A stretch of DNA of 32,576 bases from a virus (taxonomy: Duplodnaviria; Caudoviricetes), in IMG/VR virus record IMGVR_UViG_3300005805_000276, positions 1-32,576 of that record. One strand, written 5' to 3'. The position numbers were made by a program, and so were the translations under genes. Under the pieces are notes generated by a model. It made no database searches. It worked only from the letters and a program-made list of their open reading frames with translations, and was not told where the DNA came from. Positions 8,078 to 16,089 of this stretch are shown one piece after another. Position 1 is the first letter of the stretch, and each line of letters starts with the position of its first letter.

Positions 8078-8157
8078 ATCTAGCAAACTTAGCAGTAATA
8101 GTAATGGTTATGGTTATAGTAAAAGTTATAGTAAAAGTTATTGATGAATATATATAC
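8078..8157. repeat. Short copy of the origin-like element (TAGCA motifs, GTAATA/GTTATG hexamers, AT-rich tail)
   Basis: ATCTAGCAAACTTAGCAGTAATAGTAATGGTTATGGTTATAGTAAAAGTTATA... closely matches 16240-16328. Confidence 0.75.
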
Positions 8158-8178
8158 ATCAGATGCTTTTCTTGCCAT
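8089..8178 (-). CDS. 29-aa Tyr/Asn/His-rich leader peptide upstream of the initiator
   Basis: GGAGG SD, then MARKASDVYIFINNFYYNFYYNHNHYYYC*; lies between the leader terminator and the rep SD. Confidence 0.5.
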   Translation of the reverse strand: MARKASDVYIFINNFYYNFYYNHNHYYYC

Positions 8179-8208
8179 GCTAAAACCTCCACTCTTTAAA
8201 CACAAAAT

Positions 8209-8266
8209 AAAAAACACCCCCTCAAAACAAAAAGCGTGCAACGGCTTTGGATAGAAAGAGGGGGTG
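8209..8266 (-). terminator. Intrinsic terminator in the leader of the replication operon
   Basis: CACCCCCTC, large loop, GAGGGGGTG, TTTTTT on the minus strand. Confidence 0.65.
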
Positions 8267-8320
8267 CAGGGGATAAGCCCTGTCAAAAAATTGTTAAAAT
8301 ATCCAAAGCGTTGCCCCTCA

Positions 8321-8349
8321 AGTATACCATACCAACACGCAAAAAACAA
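8321..8349 (-). promoter_or_regulatory. sigma70-type promoter with extended -10
   Basis: TTGTTT-17 nt-TATACT with TGn; same design as 4227-4255. Confidence 0.7.
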
Positions 8350-8351
8350 GC

Positions 8352-9053
8352 TTAAGCGGTATAATCCACCGCAAGCTTCAAGCCGATTTCGGTGGCTTTC
8401 TTTTGCAGGACTTCCATGTCGAGATCCTTCACTTTCTTGAGCCACTGTTTACGATCAGGATTCCACTGAAAGGAACATTGCTTAGCTAGGTGGTTATTGT
8501 CAAACCCCACGATTGCCTGCACCTCTCTAGTGGGCGATACAAAGTACGCCATAACATCGTCCCATTCGTAGCGACTCATAACCGAAAACATCGTCATTAC
8601 ATCAGGCAACGCCCTGTGATACGTCGAGTTGACGCAGTTGTGAGAGATTGACAAGCGTTCCAAGTCCCTGTGTCGAATATGTGGAGAATATGGAATATCT
8701 GTCATCGTGTCGAGTGTCTGCATTTCCAGTAAAGGACTTTGTGGACGCACGGCTTGAATAAAGGACTTCTCAAAATCGGCGTTATGAGCCACTAGGAGGC
8801 TCGCCTTTCTTGCAAAACGCTCTAGTGAGTCAAAAGCCTTGTCCAAGGGTACTGCGTTCGCCTGAAGCAATTCTAGGGTTATCCCTGTAAGTGATGTAAT
8901 TTCTTCAGGTACTTCTTCCGCTGTTGTAAGAACTGAAAATGACTGCACCACGGATTTAAAATAGGGGCAGTATAAAACCGCCCCTATTTCGATGATGCTC
9001 GCCGTTTGAGGGTCTAGCCCTGTGGTTTCAAAGTCGATTCCCAAGAGGAGCAT
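8352..9053 (-). CDS. DEDDh 3'-5' exonuclease (DnaQ/epsilon-like)
   Basis: IDFETTGL, VAHNADFE, HRALPDV motifs; C-terminal FQWNPDRKQW domain. Confidence 0.92.
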   Translation of the reverse strand: MLLLGIDFETTGLDPQTASIIEIGAVLYCPYFKSVVQSFSVLTTAEEVPEEITSLTGITLELLQANAVPLDKAFDSLERFARKASLLVAHNADFEKSFIQAVRPQSPLLEMQTLDTMTDIPYSPHIRHRDLERLSISHNCVNSTYHRALPDVMTMFSVMSRYEWDDVMAYFVSPTREVQAIVGFDNNHLAKQCSFQWNPDRKQWLKKVKDLDMEVLQKKATEIGLKLAVDYTA

Positions 9054-9959
9054 CTAGGATTCCCCCTCAACATAAAAATCAAGCTCTGCTTGGCTAGGTT
9101 GTGGACTATCATAGTAGACTTCCCCACTCTCAACGTCCAAGTGATACGGACGGCTTTCACGCTGGGCGTTGTCGATCTCTTGAGCCTTACGAAGGGTGTC
9201 AGGAATTACACTTAGAGGTAACTGCTTAATGATGCGTCGAATGACGGTTTTCCGTGCCATTTCGGCATAGTGCTTTTGCCAAGGGGAATCTTTACCCCCT
9301 GCACTAGCTGAACTTTTTTTGACGTGTTCGATGTCTTCTTTGCTCATGTATTCAACCACTGGGTCAATATCAGGATTCTTGAACTTGGCGACGGCGTAAG
9401 CCCCCGCAAAAGCCCCCTTGTCACCACTTAGTAAGGGCGAGTGCTTAAGCACATTTTCGATGCCTTGCGAATACTCAAAGCGTCCCTGCTTAATCTCTTC
9501 CTCATAAACGGCGTGTGCGTTGATAGATGCCACTTCACCGCTATTCATAACAAGCTTTCTTAAGCCCTTGTAGCCGATAATGACTTGAGCCTTTTCGCCG
9601 TATGGCAAGATGTAGAGTTCCCCTAATACACTGTAGGGTTCAAGCCCTAATGCCCCTGCTTGATAGACTGCCTGCATTAAAGATGCAAGCTCACACTTCA
9701 ACAGGGCTGGCGTGTTCTTTAATTGAAGCACGGTAATTTCTTTTAACCGCTCAATCGTCATGTGCTTAGGCATGATTTTTTTAAGTGAGTCCGTTTGGCT
9801 TTCAATCATCTGACCAAATAGATTCGCTTTTACTGTATCGCGAGTTTCGTTTCTGAAAGCGATTTGCAAATCAGGCTCTCCTGCCCTAACGATTGCCTGC
9901 TGGATAGGCTCCTGCTTCTTTCCTTGTGCCAATAACTCGGCGGATGTCGGTAATGTCAT
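9054..9959 (-). CDS. recT: RecT-family single-strand annealing protein
   Basis: LGLEP...GELYILPY...IIGYKGL, GAYAVA, SPW..HYAEMARKTVIRR..K.LP; start ATG 9959 after GAAAGG. Confidence 0.93.
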   Translation of the reverse strand: MTLPTSAELLAQGKKQEPIQQAIVRAGEPDLQIAFRNETRDTVKANLFGQMIESQTDSLKKIMPKHMTIERLKEITVLQLKNTPALLKCELASLMQAVYQAGALGLEPYSVLGELYILPYGEKAQVIIGYKGLRKLVMNSGEVASINAHAVYEEEIKQGRFEYSQGIENVLKHSPLLSGDKGAFAGAYAVAKFKNPDIDPVVEYMSKEDIEHVKKSSASAGGKDSPWQKHYAEMARKTVIRRIIKQLPLSVIPDTLRKAQEIDNAQRESRPYHLDVESGEVYYDSPQPSQAELDFYVEGES

Positions 9960-9970
9960 AATTAACCTTT

Positions 9971-10765
9971 CTATAAGTTCCACGGATTTAACTCTAAGAC
10001 TTTGATACTAGGCGAGTACGCCTCAAAAATGCCAGTCTTCAAACATTTCTGATATTTTTCTAACGCTAAATTGAGCTTAAGTTCGCCATTTAGACGCATC
10101 TCTGGACTCATTTTATTGAGGGTGATTGCATAGGGTGGGTCTTTTTCAATCACCAGCCAAAGGTAATCGTCGCAAGGCTCACCAAAGGTTGCCTCGTGAA
10201 TCCTCATCGCAAGGCAAGCCTGTATGTGATACCCATAGCTCCCAACGGACTTAGTAAAGGCTTCAGGGCTAGCGTCTGTCGTTGTTTTCAAGTCAAACAT
10301 CCGCCTAGTTGGGTATTGCCACCAATCAGGACGTGCCTTTAATTTCACGCCGTCAATTTCAGCAAAAAGCGAAACCTCGGGTTCACCACTGCCAAAAATC
10401 ATGTCGTAAAAATGGAAGTTCTTCATCGCTTCCGCACACGCTAGGGCATTTTCATAATCAGCCGTTTTAATCACTGTGATGTTTCGGCTCTCAAAATCGG
10501 CTTTAAGCTCCTTCGCTTCTTTCGTGCGAAAATCGCCGTCAAACACGCCGTAACGAGATTCAAAGGTTTCAGGCTCAAGAATCAACGTGTGAATCAGTGT
10601 CCCTATTTCAAAGCACTTTTTAGGCTTTTTTTCCGCCTTCTTTTCAGTCATTGCATGAGCTGGGCTTTTCGCTTGAAGCGTCCGTAAAAAGGTCGAACTC
10701 ACATACTCACAATCGGGCGAATGGTATTCTTCAATAGGTAAATTTGGAACAATAGGGGGTCTCAT
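9971..10765 (-). CDS. RecE/exonuclease VIII-like PD-(D/E)XK nuclease (DUF3799-type)
   Basis: EEYH...SST, GTLIHTLILEP, KARPD, DLKTT.DASP..F, YGYHIQA; adjacent to recT. Confidence 0.9.
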   Translation of the reverse strand: MRPPIVPNLPIEEYHSPDCEYVSSTFLRTLQAKSPAHAMTEKKAEKKPKKCFEIGTLIHTLILEPETFESRYGVFDGDFRTKEAKELKADFESRNITVIKTADYENALACAEAMKNFHFYDMIFGSGEPEVSLFAEIDGVKLKARPDWWQYPTRRMFDLKTTTDASPEAFTKSVGSYGYHIQACLAMRIHEATFGEPCDDYLWLVIEKDPPYAITLNKMSPEMRLNGELKLNLALEKYQKCLKTGIFEAYSPSIKVLELNPWNL

Positions 10766-11229
10766 CCTTCACCCTCCACCGTGCTATAAGCGTCCTGCCA
10801 TTCCGCCGTCTTGCCTAGAAGCCCCATGCCTTCAAACGGCTCGTGTCGCCATTGGATGCGAACGTCTTTACGTTTGAGCTGGTCGGTGTGGGCTTTGTAA
10901 ACCCTAGCGATTGATGCCAGCATGACGAAGCCGTCTTTTTCAAAGAGAGGGTCAAAATCTTCAAGCTTTTCACATTGGTTAAAAACTTCCAAAATCTCGT
11001 ATTGGTCAAACAAGGGATCGCCTTCTTTAAGATTCACATTTAAATCAAAAACACGGTGACACTTGTTGCAAGTCAACTTACCTGCACCAGTCACCTTAAG
11101 CGTTTCGCCGTCATAAGGGCATTCGTGCGTTTCTTGGTTGCAATGGGCGGTGCAAACATAGCCTCGCTCTTCAAGGATGCCGTCGCCTTCTAAGACGGCT
11201 GTGTGTCCGCAGTATTCGCAGTTAGTCAT
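10762..11229 (-). CDS. hypothetical Cys-rich (Zn-ribbon) protein
   Basis: CEYC, CTAHC, CPYD, CNKC motifs in the N-terminal half. Confidence 0.7.
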   Translation of the reverse strand: MTNCEYCGHTAVLEGDGILEERGYVCTAHCNQETHECPYDGETLKVTGAGKLTCNKCHRVFDLNVNLKEGDPLFDQYEILEVFNQCEKLEDFDPLFEKDGFVMLASIARVYKAHTDQLKRKDVRIQWRHEPFEGMGLLGKTAEWQDAYSTVEGEG

Positions 11230-11241
11230 GGTGTACCTTTC

Positions 11242-11271
11242 AAAATAAAGGGGAGGGGGTCTGTCCTCCCC
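11242..11271 (-). terminator. Intrinsic terminator
   Basis: GGGGAGG-ACAGACCC-CCTCCCC-TTTATTTT on the minus strand. Confidence 0.7.
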
Positions 11272-11291
11272 ATGTTTTTCTTATGCCAAAA

Positions 11292-11777
11292 CTATTTAAT
11301 CTTGCTTATAAATTCTTGCCACTTGCTAAGTGGTTTTTCTTCTTTTTTTTTAATGGGTTCTTCATCAGGAGTGTAGACAGCATCCAGTGCCACATCTTGC
11401 TCTGTGCGTGGGACTTCCACCGCCACAGGCACAAGCTCCGTGCTAGCCTCCAGCGTGGCTTGTGGTGGCTTGATTTTGTACTGCTGGATGTGAGGTTTGG
11501 GGATGTAATTAACAAGCCCTAAGCCGTCGTCATGGAACCATCGCTGGCTTCGTATCGGCATATCTTTGCCGTTTACGTCCTTTGCGGTAATGGTGGCGGT
11601 GTCGTCGTCATAGACGCTTACAATCAGTTGGTAAGTAGGCACTGGTAACGGTGGGTCGGTGTTGACGATCTTCTTAGGCTTTTTGTCTTCTTGCCATTTC
11701 CAAATCCACACGGCGAATAAAGCCGTTGAAATTGAGCCACACGCCCATTCAATCCAGTGTATATCGTAGTTAAACAT
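11292..11777 (-). CDS. membrane-anchored hypothetical protein
   Basis: N-terminal hydrophobic helix WIEWACGSISTALFAVWIW. Confidence 0.7.
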   Translation of the reverse strand: MFNYDIHWIEWACGSISTALFAVWIWKWQEDKKPKKIVNTDPPLPVPTYQLIVSVYDDDTATITAKDVNGKDMPIRSQRWFHDDGLGLVNYIPKPHIQQYKIKPPQATLEASTELVPVAVEVPRTEQDVALDAVYTPDEEPIKKKEEKPLSKWQEFISKIK

Positions 11778-11793
11778 AGTTCATCCTTCTTTC

Positions 11794-12012
11794 TTAATCG
11801 TAGGTTTTTTTATCGTAAATCTCTAAGCGGATTCTTTCGTCTTCCTTTTCACGTTTAATCCATGCGTGTAAAGGCATGATAAACGCAACCCACAAAGCGA
11901 CGGCAAAAATGAGTATCACTATTACACATCCGCTGTAAATGGCGATATTGATCGGTATTTTAGGGAGGTGGCTTTGCACTGCAAGCAGGGCGTTTAGTAT
12001 CCATTCAATCAT
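11794..12012 (-). CDS. small membrane protein
   Basis: One long hydrophobic segment and a charged C-terminus; AAGGAG SD. Confidence 0.7.
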   Translation of the reverse strand: MIEWILNALLAVQSHLPKIPINIAIYSGCVIVILIFAVALWVAFIMPLHAWIKREKEDERIRLEIYDKKTYD

Positions 12013-12024
12013 TCGTTAAGCTCC

Positions 12025-12249
12025 TTATGTTAATTCAAGATTTTCAACAGCAAGCACATCCCAATCCTCGTGGGCTTTTTTCAGTTCTGATTTCAGTTGT
12101 GCGTTTTCCTTTTCCTTTTCTTCCAAAATTATTAACAAGCTAGCAACTTTGTCTTCTAGTCTGCTTTGCTCGCTCAAAATGGCACATAAGTGTTTTGATA
12201 TAGCATTTTGATGATAAAAGGCACCTTTAAAACTTTCCAATTCATTCAT
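12025..12249 (-). CDS. coiled-coil hypothetical protein
   Basis: Start moved to ATG 12249 after AAAGGAG; heptad-like LEEKEKENAQLKSELKK. Confidence 0.7.
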   Translation of the reverse strand: MNELESFKGAFYHQNAISKHLCAILSEQSRLEDKVASLLIILEEKEKENAQLKSELKKAHEDWDVLAVENLELT

Positions 12250-12251
12250 CA

Positions 12252-12557
12252 TTAAGCTCCTTTCCCTAAAAAGCATCCGTACTTGTCGACCAAATAACAA
12301 GGCAACTCTACCAAGTCGCTTATTCCAAACTCGTCACGCAGATTGAAATGATAAACAATCATTCCACCCTCACCTTGATCGATGTTCATTGTTTTGTCGT
12401 CATACTCGACCAACCCCCTATGAATAGCGTGGGTAAGGTTGACAGACGCCTTGCTCATTACGCCATTTTCGAGAACCCTTTTAAAGTGAAGGGTCTCTGC
12501 GTACACTCCCAAGGCAAATGCTACTAATAACAATACGGTCAAATGAAGTTTTTTCAT
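12252..12557 (-). CDS. exported or anchored hypothetical protein
   Basis: Signal-peptide-like MKKLHLTVLLLVAFALGVYA. Confidence 0.7.
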   Translation of the reverse strand: MKKLHLTVLLLVAFALGVYAETLHFKRVLENGVMSKASVNLTHAIHRGLVEYDDKTMNIDQGEGGMIVYHFNLRDEFGISDLVELPCYLVDKYGCFLGKGA

Positions 12558-12570
12558 CGTTAAGCTCCTT

Positions 12571-13059
12571 TCAGCTTAGTTCTAATCCTTTTTGATAAGT
12601 CCGATTCGCCCTTGCAATCCAGCCTTTGCCAAATGTGCGACACTTAGGGCGTTGCTTGTAGTACGTTATCCGTGCGTTCTTGTACATTTGAGGCGTAGTA
12701 TTGCCCTGATTTAACAAGTCGCTAGCCACTGTTACACCTGCGTTTACAGAGTGGTCAAACAACTGAATCGCAAGGGCTGGATTGTCTGCATGGTGTCTAG
12801 CAAGCGGTTTCCAAAACCATGTTTTGTAAATGTTGGTAATTTCCGCACTGCTCAACGCCGTAACTGGCTTATTGGGGTATCCGTACTTTTTAACAAGCCC
12901 TTGGTAGAACTTGCTAGAAATCCCCCTGTTGGTCAATCCTCCACCGTCTCTAGGATCGTTTGATACACCCCCTTCTTGGTTCAGGACGTGACGCAAGGCG
13001 ACCTCAAAGGTCAACCGCTTGACCGTCACCTTCTTTGGCTTGGTTGGTTTCTTGCTCAT
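12571..13059 (-). CDS. glycoside hydrolase family 108 muramidase
   Basis: EGGVSNDPRDGGGLTNRGI catalytic motif, IYKTWFW, LFDHSVNAG, FGKGWIAR. Confidence 0.9.
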   Translation of the reverse strand: MSKKPTKPKKVTVKRLTFEVALRHVLNQEGGVSNDPRDGGGLTNRGISSKFYQGLVKKYGYPNKPVTALSSAEITNIYKTWFWKPLARHHADNPALAIQLFDHSVNAGVTVASDLLNQGNTTPQMYKNARITYYKQRPKCRTFGKGWIARANRTYQKGLELS

Positions 13060-13454
13060 CCTTGAGCTTTGAGCTTTCCCTGCTCTTGCCCTGCCCCCTC
13101 ATTCGCTTGTTCAGGGACTGGAGCCTTCTTGCCACACACTTGCAGATAGGAAGGGGCTGTGCCGTATCCAAGCTTTGCGTATTCTACCGCTAGGGCGTTA
13201 AAAGCTTTAAAGCTGATACATGAGTTGTTCATTGCCTTTTCAAACTCCAAGCGGTCAATGGGGGGATGTGTAGGGGATACACTATGCACAACTTGCATTT
13301 CGGCATTCGCCACTGGCTCCTTAAACACTTGGCATAGGACTGTGACAATCAAGCCTCCTACAATCGCCACTGTTGGGACGAAAAATAACATCTGCTGAAT
13401 GCTCAAATGGAATCTAAAAGGAGCATCCTTCGAGCTTTTTTCTTGGTTTTTCAT
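13056..13454 (-). CDS. membrane-anchored hypothetical protein
   Basis: Hydrophobic segment MLFFVPTVAIVGGLIVTVLC; ATGA overlap with the GH108 gene. Confidence 0.7.
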   Translation of the reverse strand: MKNQEKSSKDAPFRFHLSIQQMLFFVPTVAIVGGLIVTVLCQVFKEPVANAEMQVVHSVSPTHPPIDRLEFEKAMNNSCISFKAFNALAVEYAKLGYGTAPSYLQVCGKKAPVPEQANEGAGQEQGKLKAQG

Positions 13455-13484
13455 AGTTCATTCCTTCTTAATTTGTTGTGTAAA

Positions 13485-13919
13485 CTAAACAGAATAAATG
13501 GCTAAAAGTTCCTTGATTTCTTGTTTTCTATTGATAAAATCTACTAGACTCATGTAGCCGTCTCCACGAAAAAACTTGCCATATATTAATTTTCTATAGG
13601 CATCTAACTGTTTTTCCGTTAAATCATCAAAATGAAATATGCTATTTGAGACATAGTTCCCTCTTGACGTGTCGGTCAAATTAAAGGTAAGTCTTTTATA
13701 AGCCTTTACCCAAAACTCGGTGTTATCGCTCCCCATAATCCCTATAACAGAGTCTAAAGGTTCTTCCAGTAGGTCTGCAAGGTACTTGCGTTGCTCCAAA
13801 AACTCTAGGTTGTGAGCCTTTCTTTTTAGTTCTTGATGTTTTTTTTCAAGCTTTTCATGCTCACACTTTAGGTCTTCTAAAGATGATTCAATAGAATCTA
13901 GTATTTCTTCAAAACTCAT
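13485..13919 (-). CDS. hypothetical protein with N-terminal coiled coil
   Basis: 144-aa ORF with AAGGA SD. Confidence 0.7.
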   Translation of the reverse strand: MSFEEILDSIESSLEDLKCEHEKLEKKHQELKRKAHNLEFLEQRKYLADLLEEPLDSVIGIMGSDNTEFWVKAYKRLTFNLTDTSRGNYVSNSIFHFDDLTEKQLDAYRKLIYGKFFRGDGYMSLVDFINRKQEIKELLAIYSV

Positions 13920-14275
13920 AGTTCATTCCTTTTCTTTTCATAAATAACATCGGCTTTTCGAAACACGTCAACGGGTTGAATGGCAAGCCGTAACAAGTCA
14001 TACATCTTGTCTTTCTGCCACTGCGTAAGCTTACGCCCCCTTAGCTTGATTCCGCCTTTCAGTCGCTCCATTAAGTACCATTCCCTAACGGATTCCCCTT
14101 TCTCGTGGCGGTTCATCATCCACACAAGCTCCGTTACAATCGCTTGCTTTAAAGCGTCTTGGCGGATAGGGTCGTCGGGGTGGTAGTGGTCAAGAAAGCG
14201 GTATTGAATGCGGTTAACCAAGCTTTCATAATGAAGGCGTGTGCATTGTGGGTGTTTTTGTTGACTTTGCCCCAT
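13916..14275 (-). CDS. hypothetical protein
   Basis: 119 aa; AAAGGGGG SD. Confidence 0.7.
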   Translation of the reverse strand: MGQSQQKHPQCTRLHYESLVNRIQYRFLDHYHPDDPIRQDALKQAIVTELVWMMNRHEKGESVREWYLMERLKGGIKLRGRKLTQWQKDKMYDLLRLAIQPVDVFRKADVIYEKKRNEL

Positions 14276-14302
14276 GCTTTACCCCCTTTCTTTATTCGTA
14301 AA

Positions 14303-14869
14303 CTAGGCGTTTTTACGCCCAAGCATCCATTGGGCTTCAAGGGCTTCACGGCGGTCTAGGTTGTCCGCAACCCTGACTAGAAACGCATGAAAACCGAATT
14401 GCTCCTCCGCCGACATCCCTCTTTTAAGACGTTGACGGTGAAGCACCATGTAGGCGTGGACGGCTTGAGCATCTTCCATTTCTTGAAGCAAGCACTCAAA
14501 ATGTTTTTCCGCCAATCTGAAGCCGTTGTCGTATGGCTCCACCACTGGGTCGTCATCTAAGAACTCCAGTAAGTCGCACGCTAAATCGTTCGGCGTGTTC
14601 ACTGGGATTTGTTCCTGTTGAGTCATCACAACTTTAATGCACTGCTCCAAATAAGCTTCGTAGCCTTTTTGATACTCGGGCGATTCAGGCGGATCACACC
14701 TTAACGCCTCTTGAAGCAAAGCGACGGCTTCAATTAAGCTTTTGCCTTGCCCCTGCCAGTAATCAATAGCCAGCTGACAATGCTTAAAGCCTTGCTTGAA
14801 CGTCAAGGGCTTTTTTTTGGGTTTGAAAAAACTAAACACCGTAACCTCCTTGTTCAAAAGCTTCATCAC
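14303..14869 (-). CDS. hypothetical protein
   Basis: 188-aa ORF; the real start may be about 10 codons inside, after AAGGAGG. Confidence 0.7.
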   Translation of the reverse strand: MMKLLNKEVTVFSFFKPKKKPLTFKQGFKHCQLAIDYWQGQGKSLIEAVALLQEALRCDPPESPEYQKGYEAYLEQCIKVVMTQQEQIPVNTPNDLACDLLEFLDDDPVVEPYDNGFRLAEKHFECLLQEMEDAQAVHAYMVLHRQRLKRGMSAEEQFGFHAFLVRVADNLDRREALEAQWMLGRKNA

Positions 14870-15080
14870 GTCCTAGATTGATAAGGGCTTGAGCTTGTGC
14901 TTCATCTAACGCTTGGATGTACTCGTCACGGCTATTCGCTTTAACATTAAGCGTGTAGTTTTCAACGATTGTTTTCTGCAATGCTGGTGGCAAGCTTTCA
15001 ATGCGTCGCTGTGTGTGAACTGGGGGAGCCTTGATCGGGTCAAAAGGCATTCTACCGACTCGGGTATTGATACTGGACAT
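14832..15080 (-). CDS. hypothetical protein
   Basis: 82 aa; AAAGGA SD. Confidence 0.65.
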   Translation of the reverse strand: MSSINTRVGRMPFDPIKAPPVHTQRRIESLPPALQKTIVENYTLNVKANSRDEYIQALDEAQAQALINLGRDEAFEQGGYGV

Positions 15081-15256
15081 AGGGGGTTCCTTTATGGGTT
15101 AAAAATAAGCAGTTTATCTCTTCCGTCATGCTTAGGACGTGATGCTTTTTGTCAAGGCAGGCACCACTGCCAAGATTGCTTCATAGGGTGGTTGTAACGG
15201 CGTAGGGCAGTTCCTTAGACGCCTTAACGGTTAGGGCATGATGTAAGTTTCCTTTC

Positions 15257-15287
15257 AAAGAAAAGCAGGGGTGTTGAGTACCCCTGC
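15257..15287 (-). terminator. Intrinsic terminator
   Basis: GCAGGGGT-ACTCAAC-ACCCCTGC-TTTTCTTT on the minus strand. Confidence 0.75.
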
Positions 15288-15308
15288 GTCTGTTAAACAT
15301 TGACAATC

Positions 15309-15400
15309 GAGTATTTTCTACTCGCCTTAAGGCATTCAAGCACTAAGGCGAAGAGAAAAGGGGCTTCGTAGCCCCTGTGTTTTATTGTTGGAGAATACTC
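15309..15400 (-). ncRNA. Candidate structured RNA (three-way junction)
   Basis: Closing stem GAGTATT/AATACTC encloses hairpins AGGGGC..GCCCCT and TCGCCTTA..TAAGGCGA. Confidence 0.4.
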
Positions 15401-15409
15401 TGAAGGATG

Positions 15410-15631
15410 CTACTCAAGCTCTTCAATGCGTTTTTCTAACTCGGCAATTTCTATAAGTAATTGATTGTTTCTTTCATTCGCAACCGTAAGTCGACTTTCA
15501 AGGGCTTCTACTTTTTTGTGTAGCTCATAATTTAGTTCATCCTTGCACTTGTTTCCAATCCTCAGCCAGTCTGCGTATTCTTTTAACTTGCCATGTTCGG
15601 CTTGCAGTGCTTTTGTTTGATCAAAGTTCAT
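15410..15631 (-). CDS. coiled-coil hypothetical protein (first gene of the leftward arm)
   Basis: 73 aa; GGAGG SD; heptad pattern. Confidence 0.75.
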   Translation of the reverse strand: MNFDQTKALQAEHGKLKEYADWLRIGNKCKDELNYELHKKVEALESRLTVANERNNQLLIEIAELEKRIEELE

Positions 15632-15686
15632 AATTCATCCCTCCATGCGATACTTTCGCACCGCTTTTCTTTATTGTAACTAAAAT

Positions 15687-15758
15687 CTTCTCTACCCCCT
15701 TCAGTAGCAGGGTGGTACGTCACTATAATGAACACCTGCTAAAAAAGGGGTAGAGAAG
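15687..15758. repeat. 72-nt imperfect inverted repeat
   Basis: CTTCTCTACCCC...TAGCAGG...CCTGCTA...GGGGTAGAGAAG. Confidence 0.8.
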
Positions 15759-15957
15759 GCTTAAAGCATCGCACCCCATGCCTCATAAACAAGGGATGCT
15801 CCACTTCTACTCTTCCGTTAGATTTAGCTTGTCACGTCAAGCCCTTCCAAATGCAATATCTCTCCTTTAAGCCCCCGATTCAAACGTAGAATCCCAAGGC
15901 TTTAAGTACACTTTTTGCTAAAATCAACTGGAAGTTTTTTTATTCACACGTCAAAGA

Positions 15958-16085
15958 ACAAAAAAAGTCACCTCTGAACTTTGGGTAGAGAGGTGATTTA
16001 ATATATTCCCTCTAACCCTTTCGGGTCAAAGTGTTTCAAAATTGTTTTGAGGAAATATATTGGGTCGACTTGTTTCAACCGATAT
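15958..16085 (-). ncRNA. Candidate small structured leader RNA ending in a terminator
   Basis: Hairpin 16063-16080; 13-bp stem 16049-16061/16000-16012 enclosing ACCC-GAAA-GGGT; terminator TCACCTCT/AGAGGTGA followed by a T-run. Confidence 0.5.
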
Positions 16086-16089
16086 GAAT

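Noticed and set aside
8011-8199. Plus-strand 62-aa ORF with a VIVMVMVIV pseudo-transmembrane segment
   Set aside because: The hydrophobic run is just the hexamer repeat read in one frame, antisense to the operon.
8179-8445. N-terminal extension of the 118-aa ORF 8089-8445
   Set aside because: It overlaps the exonuclease gene and runs across a promoter and terminator; only the last 29 codons have an SD-linked start.
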